A DNA stretch of 64,000 nt from NCBI RefSeq assembly GCF_009914755.1, contig NC_060928.1; one strand, written 5' to 3'. Below the pieces are notes generated by a model that did not search any database, was not told the origin of the DNA, and saw nothing but the letters and a program-made list of their open reading frames with translations. Origin of the DNA: the human T2T-CHM13v2.0 reference genome, Homo sapiens. A program made the position numbers and the translations under genes. Below, piece after piece: positions 30,067-47,149 of this stretch (position 1 is its first letter; each line of letters begins with the position of its first letter).

Positions 30067-33000
30067 GAAGGAGTAATATTTGATATTGAATGGTCAGGGA
30101 AGATCTCTCTGGTGGGTAACAGTTCAGCACAGATCTGAATGAAGTGAGGGAAGAGATCAAGTAGACCTCTAGGGAGGAGCACTGAAGGCATAAAAAGCAC
30201 AGGTGTGCAGAGGAAAGAACATACATGGCATGTCTGAGAAACAGCAAGGAGGCCAGGATGGCAGGAGGACACTGATCAAAAGGAAAAGTGGCAAGCAATG
30301 AATTCAGAGAGGAGCCCAGTATTAGATCCAGTAGGACCTTACATGCTATGGTACATATTTCAAAAAATTTTTTGAGTGAAATGGAAAGCCACTGGCATTT
30401 TCAGCAGAGCTTGGACATTATCTGACTTACATTTTAAAAGGATGAAGGTGATTGCTGTATGGAAAGTAGACTATACAGGGCTAAGGGTGGAAGCAGGGTG
30501 AAGAATCAGGAGGTTACAACTGATCAAGGGAAAGATGATGGTGAAACAGAGAAAGTGAGAAGGGTGGAAGTGGACAGAAGGAATTGTCTTTTGGTACATT
30601 TCAAAAAAATATGCTAATGAGTTAGCTGTGGGATAAGAGTAAAAGGTGACAAGAAGAATGCCCAGGTTATGGGTTAGCAACTAAAGAGAGAAACAAGTTC
30701 GGTGAGGGTGGGGAGTCAGGAGTTCTGTTTTGTGCTGTTAATCTTGAGTTGTATCTTAAACATTTAGGTAGAAATACAGAGTAGAAAGCTGGATGTGTAA
30801 ATTCTGAGTTCAAGAAGAGATGCGGCTAATGTTATAAATTGGGGAATCATAAACAGCGTCTAACACTATGGGACCTGATGGGATCACCCAGAGCAACAGC
30901 AATGGTCAGCAAACTCTGGCTTTATGGGCCAAATCTGTCACATGGCCTGGTTTTATTTTTGTAAATATAGTTTTATTGGAACATAACCACAGTCATACTT
31001 TTACTGTCCACGGCTGTATGTTACAATGGCAGAGCTGAGTAGTTGTGACACAGACTGAATGGTTCGCAAAACCTAAAGTATTCCTTATCCGGCCCTTTAC
31101 AGAAAACTTTGCCAACACCTGCCCTAGAGAGGCAGTATAGATAGAGAAGTGGGCTGAGGATTGAGCCCTGGGCATTTCAAAGGCTAGAGTTCGGAAATAT
31201 GACAAAGGTTCAGCAAGGGAGAATGTGAAGGAGAAGCATCAAAACTAAGACAAAGTGCATCCCAGAGGAAAGCAGTTTCCTCTGGGAAAGACAAAAAAAG
31301 TGTTTCAAAGAGAAAGTGATGAACTGTAAAAAGTACTGCTGATAGGTCATATGAGGACTTCAAACTGACCATTAAGGTCGCAGCATGGAGGTGACAGGTA
31401 GCCCTGACAAAAAGCAGTTGGTAGAACAGTAGCGATGAAAGCCTAAGTTAGGTGATCCTTGACTATTTGGTTTATATTAAAAAGACTAGAAAAAATCACT
31501 GGGAACTCTGTGTTCCCACAGAGATGAATGGGTAGGAGGCTGGCTGTTATGCTGGGGTCCCCAAATACCAGCATGCAGAGTACTGCTGGGGCACCAACAC
31601 CATCAGGGGTCCTACTTCCCTCTCAGCTCTTCATTCACTTTTACAGTTGGAACTAACACAACCCTCATGCATTAGACCTGCATGGGAAACATTTGTGTAC
31701 TATTTGTAGTACAACTTAAACTAATCCCCCTGTGTTAAGTTCTACATCCATCTAACTCTCTATCCTATCTTATATCAACACACCCACAACCTCTCTGAGG
31801 TTCTGCAGCAGCTCGGCTTTTCCCTAAACTACGTCCCCTGAACACATATACTTAAGCTGGGACTTCTTCCACACTGCTTCATTAATAACCATATCTCCAT
31901 TGGTTTTTTAATCTTTTATACATATTTCAAAATCTCAAGCTTTGGTGGCTCCTTATCTGTTGTTTTAGGGTTACCCTTTCTTATCCTCACTTACTATCAC
32001 TTTAATAGGATATTTATTATAGGGGAAAAGAGATAAATGATTGTAGTCACTGTGTCATTTTTGCCATGGTATTTCACTGTCGTCAAAAATCAGATTGTGT
32101 CCTTAGGCATTAATTGCTAACCTCTATCAGGCCCATCAATCTACACGATATTGCCAAACAGTGGTCAAAATTCTCCCTTCAACTGGTCTGAAATCAGATT
32201 TTATTCTAGCATTTTCTAAGTTATCTATGTGATTCTTTCTCTCACAAGAGCAAGTTGTATCAGGATGAAAGTTTATTACTTACACTAGAGCAAGTGAGAA
32301 AATTGAATGGAATGTGAAAACCATACCTAATTTTATGTATCTATACCAGACAGCTAAATGTATGCCATATACCAACATATGATTACACACGACTACAAAA
32401 CCACTTATAGAGATTCTTACTGGAAGCTTCAGCAATGACTAAAGCTAACTTTGTTTTATTTTCTGATAAAAAGATTAAGAAATGTAAAGGAGCCTAAAAA
32501 CTTCAATAAAAATGCTTCCTCTGTTCCATATAGATCACACAATTCCTATTTCACAGCACTGATATAGAAAACGTTTAAGGTTTTAAGGACTGAAAAATCA
32601 AATAAAATACTTTTTCTATATTCACACAAAACCCATTGTGTTCCATTATATCAGTTGAAGTTCTATGATATAGGCCAACTTTAAAAAGTTACAGAAACTC
32701 ATATTTAAGACTCAAACAAATTTTGTGGATTATTCACGGGAAGTTCTCTTTTAAGTCCAAAGATACAGCACTTTCAATGGCAGATTCCTCCTACTACCCA
32801 AATGACGTAAAGAAAACCTACAGTAATTTCAACACAAGCACATGCTTACTATAAGTGACAAAGCAAATTAATTTTAAAGAACTGCTTGGTTCATTCCCAG
32901 ACTAAATAAAAGCAACTTGAATTATCCACAGCACTATTTCTCTAAGTAAACCAGTTGCCTATCCCATAATAACAAAATTCCTAATTATGGAAAGCATAGC

Positions 33001-36000
33001 TTTTCCCTATCCTATGAGAACAGTATGAAATCTAAAATAAAATTTCAAGTTATTAACGAAACAAAACAAACAAAAACATGCAAGATATCAAAGGAATACT
33101 GGCATGCAGCATTAGGTCTTTGGCTCAATATAAGTGAGTCTAACTTCATTATGATTTCACAGTTAATTTAAAAGACTGCAAGTACCCATTAAAACTTTAA
33201 GACCTAGGAAGCCGGGCACAGTGGTGCATGCCTGTAGTCCCAGCTACCCAGGAGACAGAGGTGAGAGGATCGCTTGAGCTGGGGAAGTCAAGGCTGCTGT
33301 GAGTCGTGATTGCACACTGTGCTCCAGCTTGGGCAAAAGTATGAGACCCCATCTCTAAACAAACAAACAAACCAAAAAAATAAAAATAAAATGAATAAAC
33401 AACAACAACAAAAAACCTTCTGAAACCTATAAATTAACAGGAACACTTCAAAATAATCAATCACATCACCTTATTTTCTCCCTTCACAGAATGTAATAAT
33501 AAGGATTTTAGTCTAATGTCTTAAAGTCAAAAGGGAAAAATAAATAACATTTATTAAATACCTATCACGTGTGAGACACTGATAATTACACACGTAGTCT
33601 CATTTAACTGCCACAGCAATTCTATAAAATTACTAGTGCTATCCCCATTTTATTTACGGAGAAACTGAGCTACCGGATGTCATCTGAAGGTAAGGGATGC
33701 CTCTGGTTAATTCAGTCGAGTGACTTGTCCAAGACGGTAAAGTCAGGACTACAACTTAAGTGGTTTGACTATTAGTTTAGAACTGTTACAGCACAGTTGA
33801 TTCTGGAAGTTGCAGAAATCATAACCCTGATGTCACTAAGATGTTAACAAATGTTCTGAGAAATAAGTACTCTGTGGTTCAGTTTTTGGAGAAGTTACAT
33901 CCGAATTTTCCAGAACTTAAATAGGCAAATTCTTCTTCAAAAAAGTAATAAAATGGGAAGTGTTCTAATTTATTAAACCATGAAACCCTCTGTTTTAACG
34001 AAAACCTAATAATATACCATGGGATGCTTGTGTTCAACTAAGCAGTCTGGAAAATGATCATCTGGTCCAATCTCCTCATTCCATGGTTTTAAAAAATGAG
34101 ATGCAGGGAGGTGAAGTGACAGCAAGATACTAACAGGGTCAGGGCTGGCACCAAGGAGGCCTGATGATTCCCATCAGGATACCCTTTCCCCTAATCATCC
34201 TGTCTCACTCTTTCTACAAAGTTTAACACCAATTTTTTTTTAAGTATTACATCAATCATTTATTCTGATTTTACTGAATGACAGTAAAGAGAAACCATTT
34301 ACAGACATGAAGCTCGAAAATGTTCTACCTCCCAATGCACTAGTATTTCAGAGACTTGGAATATATTTGGAGATGTGGAAAATGATTACACTTTAGTAAC
34401 ACTGAGTAACAATTTTAGGCCAAGTATACTACACTCATATTTTTTTTGAAGTGAGACATTAGTCCACCCTAGTACTGCATACAGACACACTGAGTAATAA
34501 ATATCCAATCTGTGATCATCTTTATAAAGGGCAATTTATTCGTTGCTTTCCCCTTACCCCATTCGCCCTAGAGTGGCTTCGTTTCACTTTGCCCTACCCC
34601 TTCTAGCAGGTAGTAAACAGTCCTGGCCAGTGATGCCATCTGGCGGTTAGTTCAGAAATTGTTTAACCAACACACCTTCCAATCAGGATCTTACCATCGG
34701 GACCCTCTCCAAAACCACACTCCCCTTTCTTCCAGTTTTTGCCCATTTACCTTAGTAAAATCGGGTTTTCTTCTTTCCTGCCCTGTTTATCCAACTGAAT
34801 GAAAAACGTATTTTATTTGTGGCACTCTAGTTACAGAAAAATCATGAGTCCTAAGTACATTTGCAGCTAAAGAAACAAACCAACAATAAGAGGCCAACAT
34901 ACTCCCAAAAATGCCCCCATTCGACATCCTGTCTTAACAGAGACTGTTAGAATCTCCGTTATTCATCCAATGCCTTCAGGGAATACCAGTGCTGAGAAGG
35001 ACCTTGAGGATCATCGTTTCAAGGTCAAAAGCTTCATTTTACAGCTGAAGAAACTGGCTCTGTGAGAAAGAACTGAAGTAACCACCCACCCAACAGCACA
35101 CAGCGAGTTAACGGCAGAGCCAAGATTATGGCCTAGGACTCCCCATTCCAAATCCGGTACTGGGTCAACTACTCTGTGCGCTCCTGGCTTCTCAAGCCTG
35201 TTTTTGCTCAACCAGTGTATTTACTTTTTCCATAATTATAGTAATATTGTGAATCTCTGTACTATGCCTAACAGTGTCTAGCACACTTCATAAATATTTA
35301 TTATTTGGGTATCTATTAATTACCGTACTTATTGCAAATCTAGAATACTTGCAGTAGACAGGCCTTTTTTCAATCTGCTTAAAAAGCGAACTGCCACTTC
35401 ATAATTTTTTCTGACTATTCCCATTAATCATCACATGGTAACCTTTTAGAACATAATCCATTCAGAAATTTGAGACTTCCTGTTCACCTGATCAGTCTTA
35501 ACCAAAGATAGAAGAAAATATGTGGCATAGGGTGAAAACTGCAACCAATTTTGAAGAAAATAGAAATTCTAGTACTAGTTGCATTATAATCACACGACTT
35601 TAGGCAAACTCTTCTTTCCCACAAAATAATCCTCGACCCTAAACTCATGTAGCATAACTGCAAATCTCTCATAAATTACAAATATCTATAATGATTATCG
35701 GTATTAACAATAGTAATTTATATTTTAGGCCCTGTGACTAATCACTTTACATATATAATGTCATGTAATACTTGCAGCCCTATTTTACGGATGAGAAAAA
35801 ACAAGGCTTAGCAACTTAAACTCGTCCGGGGTCACAGAGTTAAGACGTGAAGAACTCGAGGGCCTGCTTAGAACTGAAAGCCTCCAGAGCCAGTGCTCCG
35901 AAAAGGGGAGCGATAATGCAAGGCCCACTTTGATACTACCACTCCAAGGCTCTGCAGTCAGTGGGGAGTGAAGGCAAGCGACCGACATCGCTATTTTCTG

Positions 36001-36259
36001 TTACGGTTAACGTACACAGTGAAACAATGGGGTACACGGAACAATGAGTCACGAAGACCTGGGTCCTTTCTCTGAGCTCGGCAACTCAGGGACACCCCCG
36101 AAGTCGCTTAGCCTTCTGGGCTTGTTCAGCTTGGGGAGGAAAAGGGGCTGCTCCGGAACCAACGAGGCTTTGGATGGTGGATCACACTCAGGGTGTAAAC
36201 TTGTGCGTACCAAGTCAAGCTTCTGGGGAAAGAACCTTCATCAGAGTCCCTCCAAAAAA

Positions 36260-37130
<871 letters not shown>

Positions 37131-37454
37131 CCACCACCCCTGAAGAGCTCACTGCCACTCGTTAATTCATACATTTATTCATGCCTTCATTTATCCCGTC
37201 AAGAATTACTATCATGATTTTTTAGTATAGTGATGTAATATTGAGTGATTACTCTGTGCCAGGAACTGCTCTAGACCCTGTCCAATATAGGAGATGAGCG
37301 CACATGCACGCAAAGACATCACTATAAGACAAAATGATCAGGCCACCACGTGAAAACGGGACGTTGACACCGACTTACAGAGCAAAAAACCCTAAGTAGC
37401 TTACTCAAATGCCATCTTCTCCATAAGGCCATTTCCTAACCCAGTAGAGATTAT

Positions 37455-37774
37455 TTATTCTTTCTTTTATTTTATTATTTTTTGTTGTTGTTTTGTTTTT
37501 GAGACGGAGTCTCACACTGTTGCCTGGGCTGGAATGCAATGGTACAATCTCGGCTCACTGCAACCTCCGCCTCCTGGGTTCAAGCTATTCTCCTGCCTTA
37601 GCCTCCTGAGTAACTGGGATTACAGGCATGCGTCACGACGCCTAGCTAATTTTTGTATTTTTAGTAGAGACAGTTTCCCCATGTTGGTCAGACTGGTCTC
37701 GAACTCCCGACCTCCATTGATCCGCCTGCGTTGGCCTCCCAAAGTCCTGGGATTACAGGCGTGAGCCACCGCGC
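37455..37774 (-). mobile_element. AluS upstream of the PPA2 promoter, with a templated Alu copy at its 5' end
   Basis: Antisense Alu ending gagccaccgcgc, followed directly by a 76-bp sense Alu fragment (37775-37850). Confidence 0.88.
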
Positions 37775-38329
37775 ATCGGCCAGGCGGGGTGGCACACACG
37801 CCTGTAGTTCCAGCTACTTGGGAGGCTGAGATAGGAGGATGGTTTGGGCCAATATCCGGGAGAATGGATATTGTAGAACAACCAGTAGTCTGCCACGTGT
37901 CATTTTATTTTTTTCTAGTCCATCTTCTTTGGGACTATCATCATCTAGGCTACTTTCCTACTGGGCACCCAGGTTCTTTCAGCATCTCCAATTATCGTGT
38001 GATCATTAAAATTGAGATACTGGTCTACCCAAGTTCCAGAAAGGATTCCTAGGAGATATTGTGACTAGCTACTTAGAGACACTCTACTAAGATTATAGAT
38101 CCTAAAATGTTTTTGTCAACAGTGGTACCTTTGTAATGTGTCAACTTGAATAGGCATAACTATAAGGCAAATGCTCCCATAAAAAGGAGAGAAAATCTCT
38201 TCTGTGCATATATCACAGAGTTGTATAATTTTTTTGTTTATGTTGAAAAAAAGCTTAATTTTTCTATTAACTTTTGAAGATTAGATATTTAAATAAGACA
38301 AATTCCTATGGAGGCAGGGTTGTAGGCTA

Positions 38330-38665
<336 letters not shown>

Positions 38666-40879
38666 CTATTGAGATAATCCAGCATAAAGTTCTGAGGTCC
38701 CTCTTGCTAATAGCTTTTCTTAACTCTGGCAACATATTTTATTAGTAACTGACAACAAGTTATATGCATCCTGATTTGAAGAAACCAACAAAGATACTAA
38801 ACGTTTCTGAATATAAATGTTTACTTAAAATGAAATCTTGACACTAACTTGTTATTTTGTAAATTGCATTGTAAAATGTTACCAAGTTATCATGCATTCA
38901 GAAAAGAAAACGCTGACTTTTGTTAAGTAGGTTTACATTTATTTTTAATCACTTAAATTTCCATCTTTCATTCTCTACAGTTTACTGGAATATTTGAGAA
39001 TCAAAATTAAAAATGCATAATATAAATGATAGGAAATAATAATAGGTATCAGGTTAGCTTTTAAAACTTTTTAAAAATACTCTGAGGGTAATGTTTATTA
39101 CATAATGTTTAATTATGTACTTATTCAAATTTAGACGTTTGGAGTCTAACACGTTGGATTTCCATTATTGACATCTCCTGTTGTCATCATATAGCAAGTA
39201 AAAGTCTTAGTCCCAGGAGTTTACAAGTTGGAGAATAAAGACAAATACACATAAAATCATGAAATAACATTTCCAGAGTTTATGAAATACCAAACCACCA
39301 GAGATTCATCAACAGAGAATTGAAACTGGTGGCTCAGGAAAACTATAACTAATATGTAGGAAGGACCAGAATAGAAAATAAGAGATACGGTGTCCAGGTA
39401 TTGACAGTATCTCAGGTACCAAGTGACAAGGACCCAGACAGTAGTTCTGGCAATAGAAATAGAAAGGAATGTTGAATTTGGAAGAAATGACCAAATTTGA
39501 TATCTCACTGGAAGTTGTGAAATGAGGATGGAAGAGTTAAAAAAAATTATGCATAATAAATAACCAAGAGATATGTGGTGTTATTTTCAGATATATGTTA
39601 ATAAAAATGAGAGAGAAATTTTGACACTAAGATGATAAACGTAGCTGGGACATGTTAAGTTTGAAACAATGCAGAGTTCCTGCTGGAGATGGAACTATTT
39701 TCACCACTGGAATTCTCTGAGAAGCAGACTCTGAGATTGAATTTAGTATGTGTGTGCAGTGTTTATTAGGCTGTACACTTGGGATCAGTATGTGAAGATG
39801 AAGGTAAGAAAGCAAAAGAGCTGAGAGAGAAGTCGAGCTGTGGTGCAAGCCCAATAGCCTCAGCCCACCTCATAGAATACCCTGGAGTTTAAAAGGCTAG
39901 TTACAGTTGTCCAATGGAGAGCACAATTTGACGGGCCTTTATAACCTCAATGATTGGATGGATATAAGCTGACCTGGGAAAGGACATGATTTGGACAAGG
40001 CAGCTATGGCCATCCCTGAAGAAGCTGACAGATAAATGCTATTTGTTACCTGTACTCCCAACAGTTCAGCAAAAGTTCATTAAGCCATGGCACATCACAG
40101 TGACTACCACAACTGTGAAACTGCAGTAAAGATAATAGTTGGAACTAGAGAAAAATTATATAATTAGTGAATTCCAGTTCTGTTTCTGTTTTTAGTATTG
40201 GTAAGCATAACACAAAATCTACCATGATTATGGTTATTGTTTTTTGCAATGCTAGATTATCCTAATAGAAAATAAAATAATTTTGAAATTGTGGAGTACT
40301 CATTTATGTGTTTACTTTTATAAAAGCAGTAAATGTCCCTAAAACGAATTATTATTATTACCTACAACATGATAAATAAGCAAATTAAGAAATTTGCTAA
40401 TTGCTCATCTTTGCTCACAATAGCTAGCTTGTGGGGGGAAAGAAATAGAGCAGTATGCAATAGAAGTAATGAGAATTTTAAAACAATTTTGAATATTTTC
40501 TAATTAATCAGTTCAGAGACACACAGACTGATATTTCACTAGCCTTTGGAAGACTTTAACCACAAGGGAGACTTTAAAAATAATTTTCACATTACCAAAC
40601 ATTTAAAATATTTGTCAAATTACAAGATTTCCACAATATTTCAGAATGTTACCTAAAGTTCATGTTCATCCGATATTCATCAACCACATTTTTTTCTAAT
40701 AAATACATGTCACAGTTCTATACCATTTCTCATTTAAATACTGGCAATTATCTATTGATAAAATTATTTTCACAATTCAATGAAACTATAAGAGCTTGAC
40801 TAACTTTAGGCCTTAAAATGTGTATAGGTGTGTATGTGTGTGTGTATTTTTATTGCTGTAGTTAATTTATTTTTCTTAC

Positions 40880-41370
40880 TAAAACAATGATGCTTCAAGA
40901 TGAGAAAACATGTCATAGACTGAAAGAAAATATTTGCAAAATATGTGTCTGATAAAGGACTATTATCAAAATATACAAAGAACTGTTGAAACTCAAGAAA
41001 AAGAAAACTAACCAATTTAAAAAATAGGCGAAAAGCCATCAGCAGTGGACTGGACAAACAAAATGTAGTACAGCTACACCATGGAATACTGTGCAGCCAT
41101 AAAAAGAAGGAAATCATGTCCTTTGCAGCAACACAGATGGAAACCATTATCCTAAATCAATTAATGCAGGAACAATAACAACAACAAAAACAAATACTGC
41201 ATGTCCTCATAAGTGAGAGCTAAACATTGAGTACACATGGACATAAAGAAGGGAATAACAGACATCAGCGCCTCTTTGAGAGTGGAGAGTGGATGGGAAG
41301 GTGAAACCCATAAACTACCTATCAGGCACTATTTCCTGGGTGATGAAATAATCTGTACACAAATCCCCAT

Positions 41371-41407
<37 letters not shown>

Positions 41408-42030
41408 AATTTGTGACTGCCAAAATTTGGTGCAACCAGGATGTCCTTCATTAGGTGAATGGATAAACTATGGTACATTCAGACAATGAAATATTATTCA
41501 GCACTAAAAAGAAGTGAGCTATTAAGCCATGAAAAGACATGAATAAACCTTAAATTTATATTACTAAGTGAAGAAAACAAATCTAAAAGGCTACATACTG
41601 TATGATTCCAGCTGTATGACATTCTGGAAAAGGTTTAAGTGTGGAGACTGTAGAAGCCTCAGTGGTTTCCAGGGGTTAGAGAAGAGTGAGGGATGGATAG
41701 ATGGAACCCAGGGAATTTTTAGGACAGTGAAACTGCTCTGTATGATACTCTACTTGTGGATATATATTATTATACATTTGTCCAAATCCACAGAATGCAG
41801 AACACCAAAAATGAAACCTAATGTAAACTAAGGAATTTGAGTAATAATGAGTTGTCAATGTAGGTTTGATTATAATAAATGTACTGCTCTGGTGGAGAAT
41901 GTTGATAGTAAGGGATGGTGAGGAGGTGTGTGTAGGGTATGGAAAATAAAGGAAATCTCTGTACCTTCTGTGCAATTTTATTGCGAACCTAAAACCACTC
42001 TAAAAAGTAAAGCCTATTTAAAAACAACAA
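40880..42030 (+). mobile_element. Cluster of L1 3' fragments (L1M with an L1PA/PB piece and a (CA)n)
   Basis: L1 3'UTR-type sequence (atggaatactgtgcagccataaaaaag; ...aacctaaaaccactctaaaaagtaaag). (CA)n at ~41373-41402. Confidence 0.65.
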
Positions 42031-44437
42031 CAATAAAAACAAACTATTATAGGAAATGACTTGCATTCAGAAACTATGAACCAATATGTAGTATTGATAA
42101 TTTGATATAGAAAAGTTTTCCTTTTCTTTTCTCTTGCATTAACTGTATTTTCCATAAACACATTTTCTTTTCATCTAATGAAAATCATTGTTCTATTTTA
42201 ACTTCCTATCTGAATGTCAGGGTGGCATTAGTACCTTTACATGCCCCATTTATAACAGGCATCTGTTCTTAACCTGAATTGCCATTGCTTGAGCATCAGT
42301 ACACACTGCCTCTTCTGCAGTCGTTTGAAAAATCATTAATCATTTTATGTTAAATGGAACTAGGCTCCCCTGAGGGCCTTCTATGGATAGTTTTACTCTT
42401 TCAGAGATTCTAACATATCTTTCTTTATTATTATTGAGAAAAATTTGTATAATTTTATTTTTAAGCAAATGTCCTTTCTAATTTTCATTTTGTAGACTTT
42501 AACCTGTCTCCTTCACCATCCCCACCTCTACTAACTTAATGAACAAAGCTTAAAACCTCAGAGGTCCTTTTATGAAAAGTTTCTGAACACCTAATTTGAA
42601 ATATCAAAATTCTTTTTTCAACATAGGCAACTATTAAATAGCAACTAATTTTAGCTCCCAATTTCAAGGCCACTTAATATAAATAGGCTGAGTTTCTGAA
42701 TGAGGCAATGGTTCACTAGTAATCATTTTCTCATGTTTCTTAGATCTCATATATTCCTGACAGATCCATACCTGTATGATAATTTAGTAGGATGTCTTTG
42801 GTGAAAGCTCTTTAAAAGACTGCTCAACTCAAATATTGGAACATAGTTCTAGGTACCTTAAATGAAGAAAATACATATTTGGTATAGTGAAAAAGAGATT
42901 TCTAATGGGCCTGATGCCTCTAACCACCTGGAAGAGAGCAAATGGTGGGTCTCAAACTCAATTTTGGTGGTTCAGGCTTAAAAATGCCTAACAGCAAACA
43001 GTGAATTTTGTTTTATTTTTGGAAGTGACATTATTTCAAGTTATTTTCCTGACTTTCCACTACTAGAAGAGTCCCTGAGAACAAATACATTTGTTTTAAA
43101 GCAATTCTTAATTAGCTGCTTAGAGGAAGATGCTGTGAGCTGCCAACTCTACAATTCTTTCAACAGTCAGAAGAAGCCTTGACCTAGGATGAGGCCAGGA
43201 ACAAGGCTGGAGAAAGCAAATTGGAGAGCTGATGTGTTCCCGTACACCTGTTCCTAAACCCAGAAGCCTTAAAAACTAAGACTCAGGTGACAAATTTCTT
43301 ATTCTACCATTTCACTCACCAAAAAGTGACAAGAGGACAAATATCAAGATAATTCTTTGAAGAGTTTGTGTCCATCTGGAGGGAGGGAACAAAAAACCTT
43401 GTCACAGCTTTTTATTTTGATTTGAAGACAGCTTGTCTGGTGGAGCTGAATGATAGGTATTTGGGGAGTGAGAGAGACTTTGAGAAAGGAACAGAAAAGC
43501 TTACAATGGATTTTAGGGAAGTTTTACTGTATATGGTAAAATGCAGCTCTTTTCTAACACTCCCTTTGAAGCCTGCAGAGCCTTCAATATTACTCATTAG
43601 TGCTTTTGGAGTTAGTCTTGTGTTTTCAGGAAGATGTAATATATTGAGACTGGCCTCCATGTGGTTCAGATACATGAGGGTTACATGCACATTTAAACAA
43701 TCACCCATAAACTGTATGGGCAAATACAGAACTTGCATTTAATTTTAAGAAATAAGCATAAATCTTCAAAGAAATTTAAGATTCAAGGAGTCATTAGGTC
43801 AGAGCCCCCAAAGAGGCATTTTTGGAAATTGTCAGGGTGTTTCTGATGTCACAATAATTGAGGAGCATTATTTCTATTTAGTATGTAGGGACCAGGGATG
43901 CAGCACACCCTGTAATACTCAAAAGACAGCTCTACACAAGAAAGAGTTGTGTGTGCACATTGCTCTCAGATGTCACATCAGAAATTTGTGTAGGTGAAAA
44001 ATGCCTGTTTTTTAAAAATATGTATCTCAGCCTAAAAACTGTCATTTTGCAAATAAACACCAAGTTTTTTTTTGCATTGTTTTTATATGTGCATGCTATT
44101 TGAGTCACTAATACTACATACTATCGATCTGCATTTATAGCTCTCAGTTCCTGGTGGTTGTACATTGAGATGCAAATGTTAAGATTGCTTTATATGTCTT
44201 TATATGTCTATTTTTCTCCATCATACCTTCTTATATTTTTTGTAACAGCACTATTACAGTTTTTAATCCTATCAATAGATTTATGTGATTGTTTAATGTC
44301 TGAATCCTTTACTAGATTCTAATCACCAGAAGGGCAGATAAGTTTCCCATTTTTTTAATCATTCTGTATCAGTCACTATCATTCCCCCTGACACAGTGCC
44401 TACTTAGTGAAGATTAGTCAAATGAATGAAGGGTTGA

Positions 44438-45020
<583 letters not shown>

Positions 45021-46007
45021 GGAAAAGGAAAAGAAAAACTTCTCAGCTGCTGAGCTCCTAACCCTTCTCATCACACGCATCATCAACCAAAATTATGAAC
45101 CATTCTACATTATTTCTGGGGGGCCCTGAAATTCTTTTTTGGTGTGGGCATGAGGTCTAATATAAATAAAACATGTTCATATTTTCTTGCAATGAATTAC
45201 ATAAGATTTATTTTAAGGAATTGCCTTTGGAACCCAGGGTTCTTTTGAATCCAATTTGAGATCCATTATTCCATGTAATTAGAATATGTATAAAAGAGAA
45301 AAAAATAGTTCTACAGTTAAACCATTTAAAAACAAAATTAATTCCCACTGCTGAAGGCCTAAAGGGGAAATCTAGAAAATGGGCAGAGAAACTGGGTTGT
45401 ATCATTAGATTTTGTTCAGGACCTATTATTACCAATTTAGTAGCTCAACCCTTGAATTGAAGTACTATATTTATAATATTACAAGGGATTTATACGGTAT
45501 CATTTGGAGCTGAAATTTCTCATGATTATTTTAGCCTAGAAGCAGTAATACTACTTAATCAAGTAAAACATTCTGTTTTTTTCATGTCGTTTAACAATGC
45601 ATAGTAAATCATATGTGATTCTTCTATGACAGATAAATTTTATGTCTAATTTCATCAATATCTAGAAAGACTAAAAGCTTAAGACCAAATATATTCTTCA
45701 TGTCATTTGGACTTAGTTGAAATCAACATAATTGTATTCTTTCCTATTTCCAAGGAGTATATGGGCCTCAGGACATGAGCTTATTTTCACATAGAAAAAA
45801 TCAATCAGAAAAGAAAATTCTACATGACAACCACTCCTTTTATTTTTCAGACAAGGGGTAATAAAATTAATTTCTCATTTTTCAACCAATTAAGTTTCTA
45901 TTCTCTAGGTCAGTCTGTTTCTTGGACCATTTGTTTCATTGAAATTTGGATCAAAATTTATTTTAAAATAAGGAGGAAAAATGTTGTTAGATAAGAAGTA
46001 AAGGATA

Positions 46008-46043
46008 GTGCTCACTTCAGCAGCACATATACTAAAATTGGAA
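46008..46043 (+). pseudogene. 3'-truncated (tailless) U6 snRNA retrocopy
   Basis: gtgctcacttcagcagcacatatactaaaattggaa equals U6 nt 1-~36 with two CpG transitions. 15-bp TSD aagaagtaaaggata at 45993-46007 and 46043-46057. Confidence 0.92.
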
Positions 46044-47149
46044 AGAAGTAAAGGATAGATCTCTTTAATCATGACAGTCTTAAAGAGGAATCCAATGCAC
46101 CAACATAGTTGCTTTTTGTTTTGTTTCATTTGCATCACCCTGCATTATTCTCCTATTTAGCTCTGCTTAACCACTTCTGCCAAGGTATTCCTAAGGGCAA
46201 AGGAAAAAGAATGTATGCCCCTTCTGTTTGCTAGGTGTTTGTGATTCTGAGGCAGAGTTTCGGGGGTCAGTGAACCTGGATTTTATTTAAAAGATTACAT
46301 TTTTATTTTCACTAACTTCTAACTAAAATGTAGCATTTATGAATGTAGGCAACAAACCCTGTAGCAGTGTTAATATTATAGTGCCTATGATTTGTGCCTC
46401 CAACAGAAATGGCATGTAATCCAGATGTTGCAGATGACTCTATCATTTACACCCATCACTACTTCAAAATTATGGTAGTTATACCTGCTGCTAGATCTAG
46501 TCATTTAGGTCCTCAGTGAAGAAGCATGTTATTAGATCACAAAATTATTTTCTAAAATCTTTTTGTAAATATAATTCAATATCATGAGTTTCTTCTTCAT
46601 ATAATTTATGGATTTACAAACGGCATTTTGAGAAGGGTTTCATAGGCCTAATAAGGCTGCCCATGGGATGCATGAAACAAAAGTCATCAAGAACCATAAA
46701 GCAGTTATTTTCAACCTTATTAGACCTAACTTTCTCCTCTTTAAAAAATTGAGGTGAAATTCACATCATATACAATCAACTATTTTCGAGTGTACTATTT
46801 AGTGGTACTTAGCATAGTCACAATATTGTACAACTGCCACTTCCTTCTAGTTTCAAAACATTTTCATCATCCCAGAAGAATACCTCATATCCTTTAAGTA
46901 ATCACTTCCTGTTCCCCCCTGCCACCCGCTGACATCCACTAATCAGCTTGCCTATTTTGGATATTTCACATAAGAGGAATCATATGACATGCGGCTTTTT
47001 GTGTCTAGTGTCTTTCACTTAGCATAATGCTTTTGGTGTCCATCCACATTCTAGAATATATGAAACCTTCATTCCTTTTTATGCCTGAATAATATTTCAT
47101 TGTATATCATTGTACGTTATGATTTGTTTATCACACTCAACAATAAAAA

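Noticed and set aside
43368-43742. Overlapping antiparallel 124-aa and 108-aa ORFs in non-repeat-looking DNA
   Set aside because: No recognisable domain, splice structure or retrocopy hallmarks. A BLAST or PhyloCSF check would be needed to revive them.
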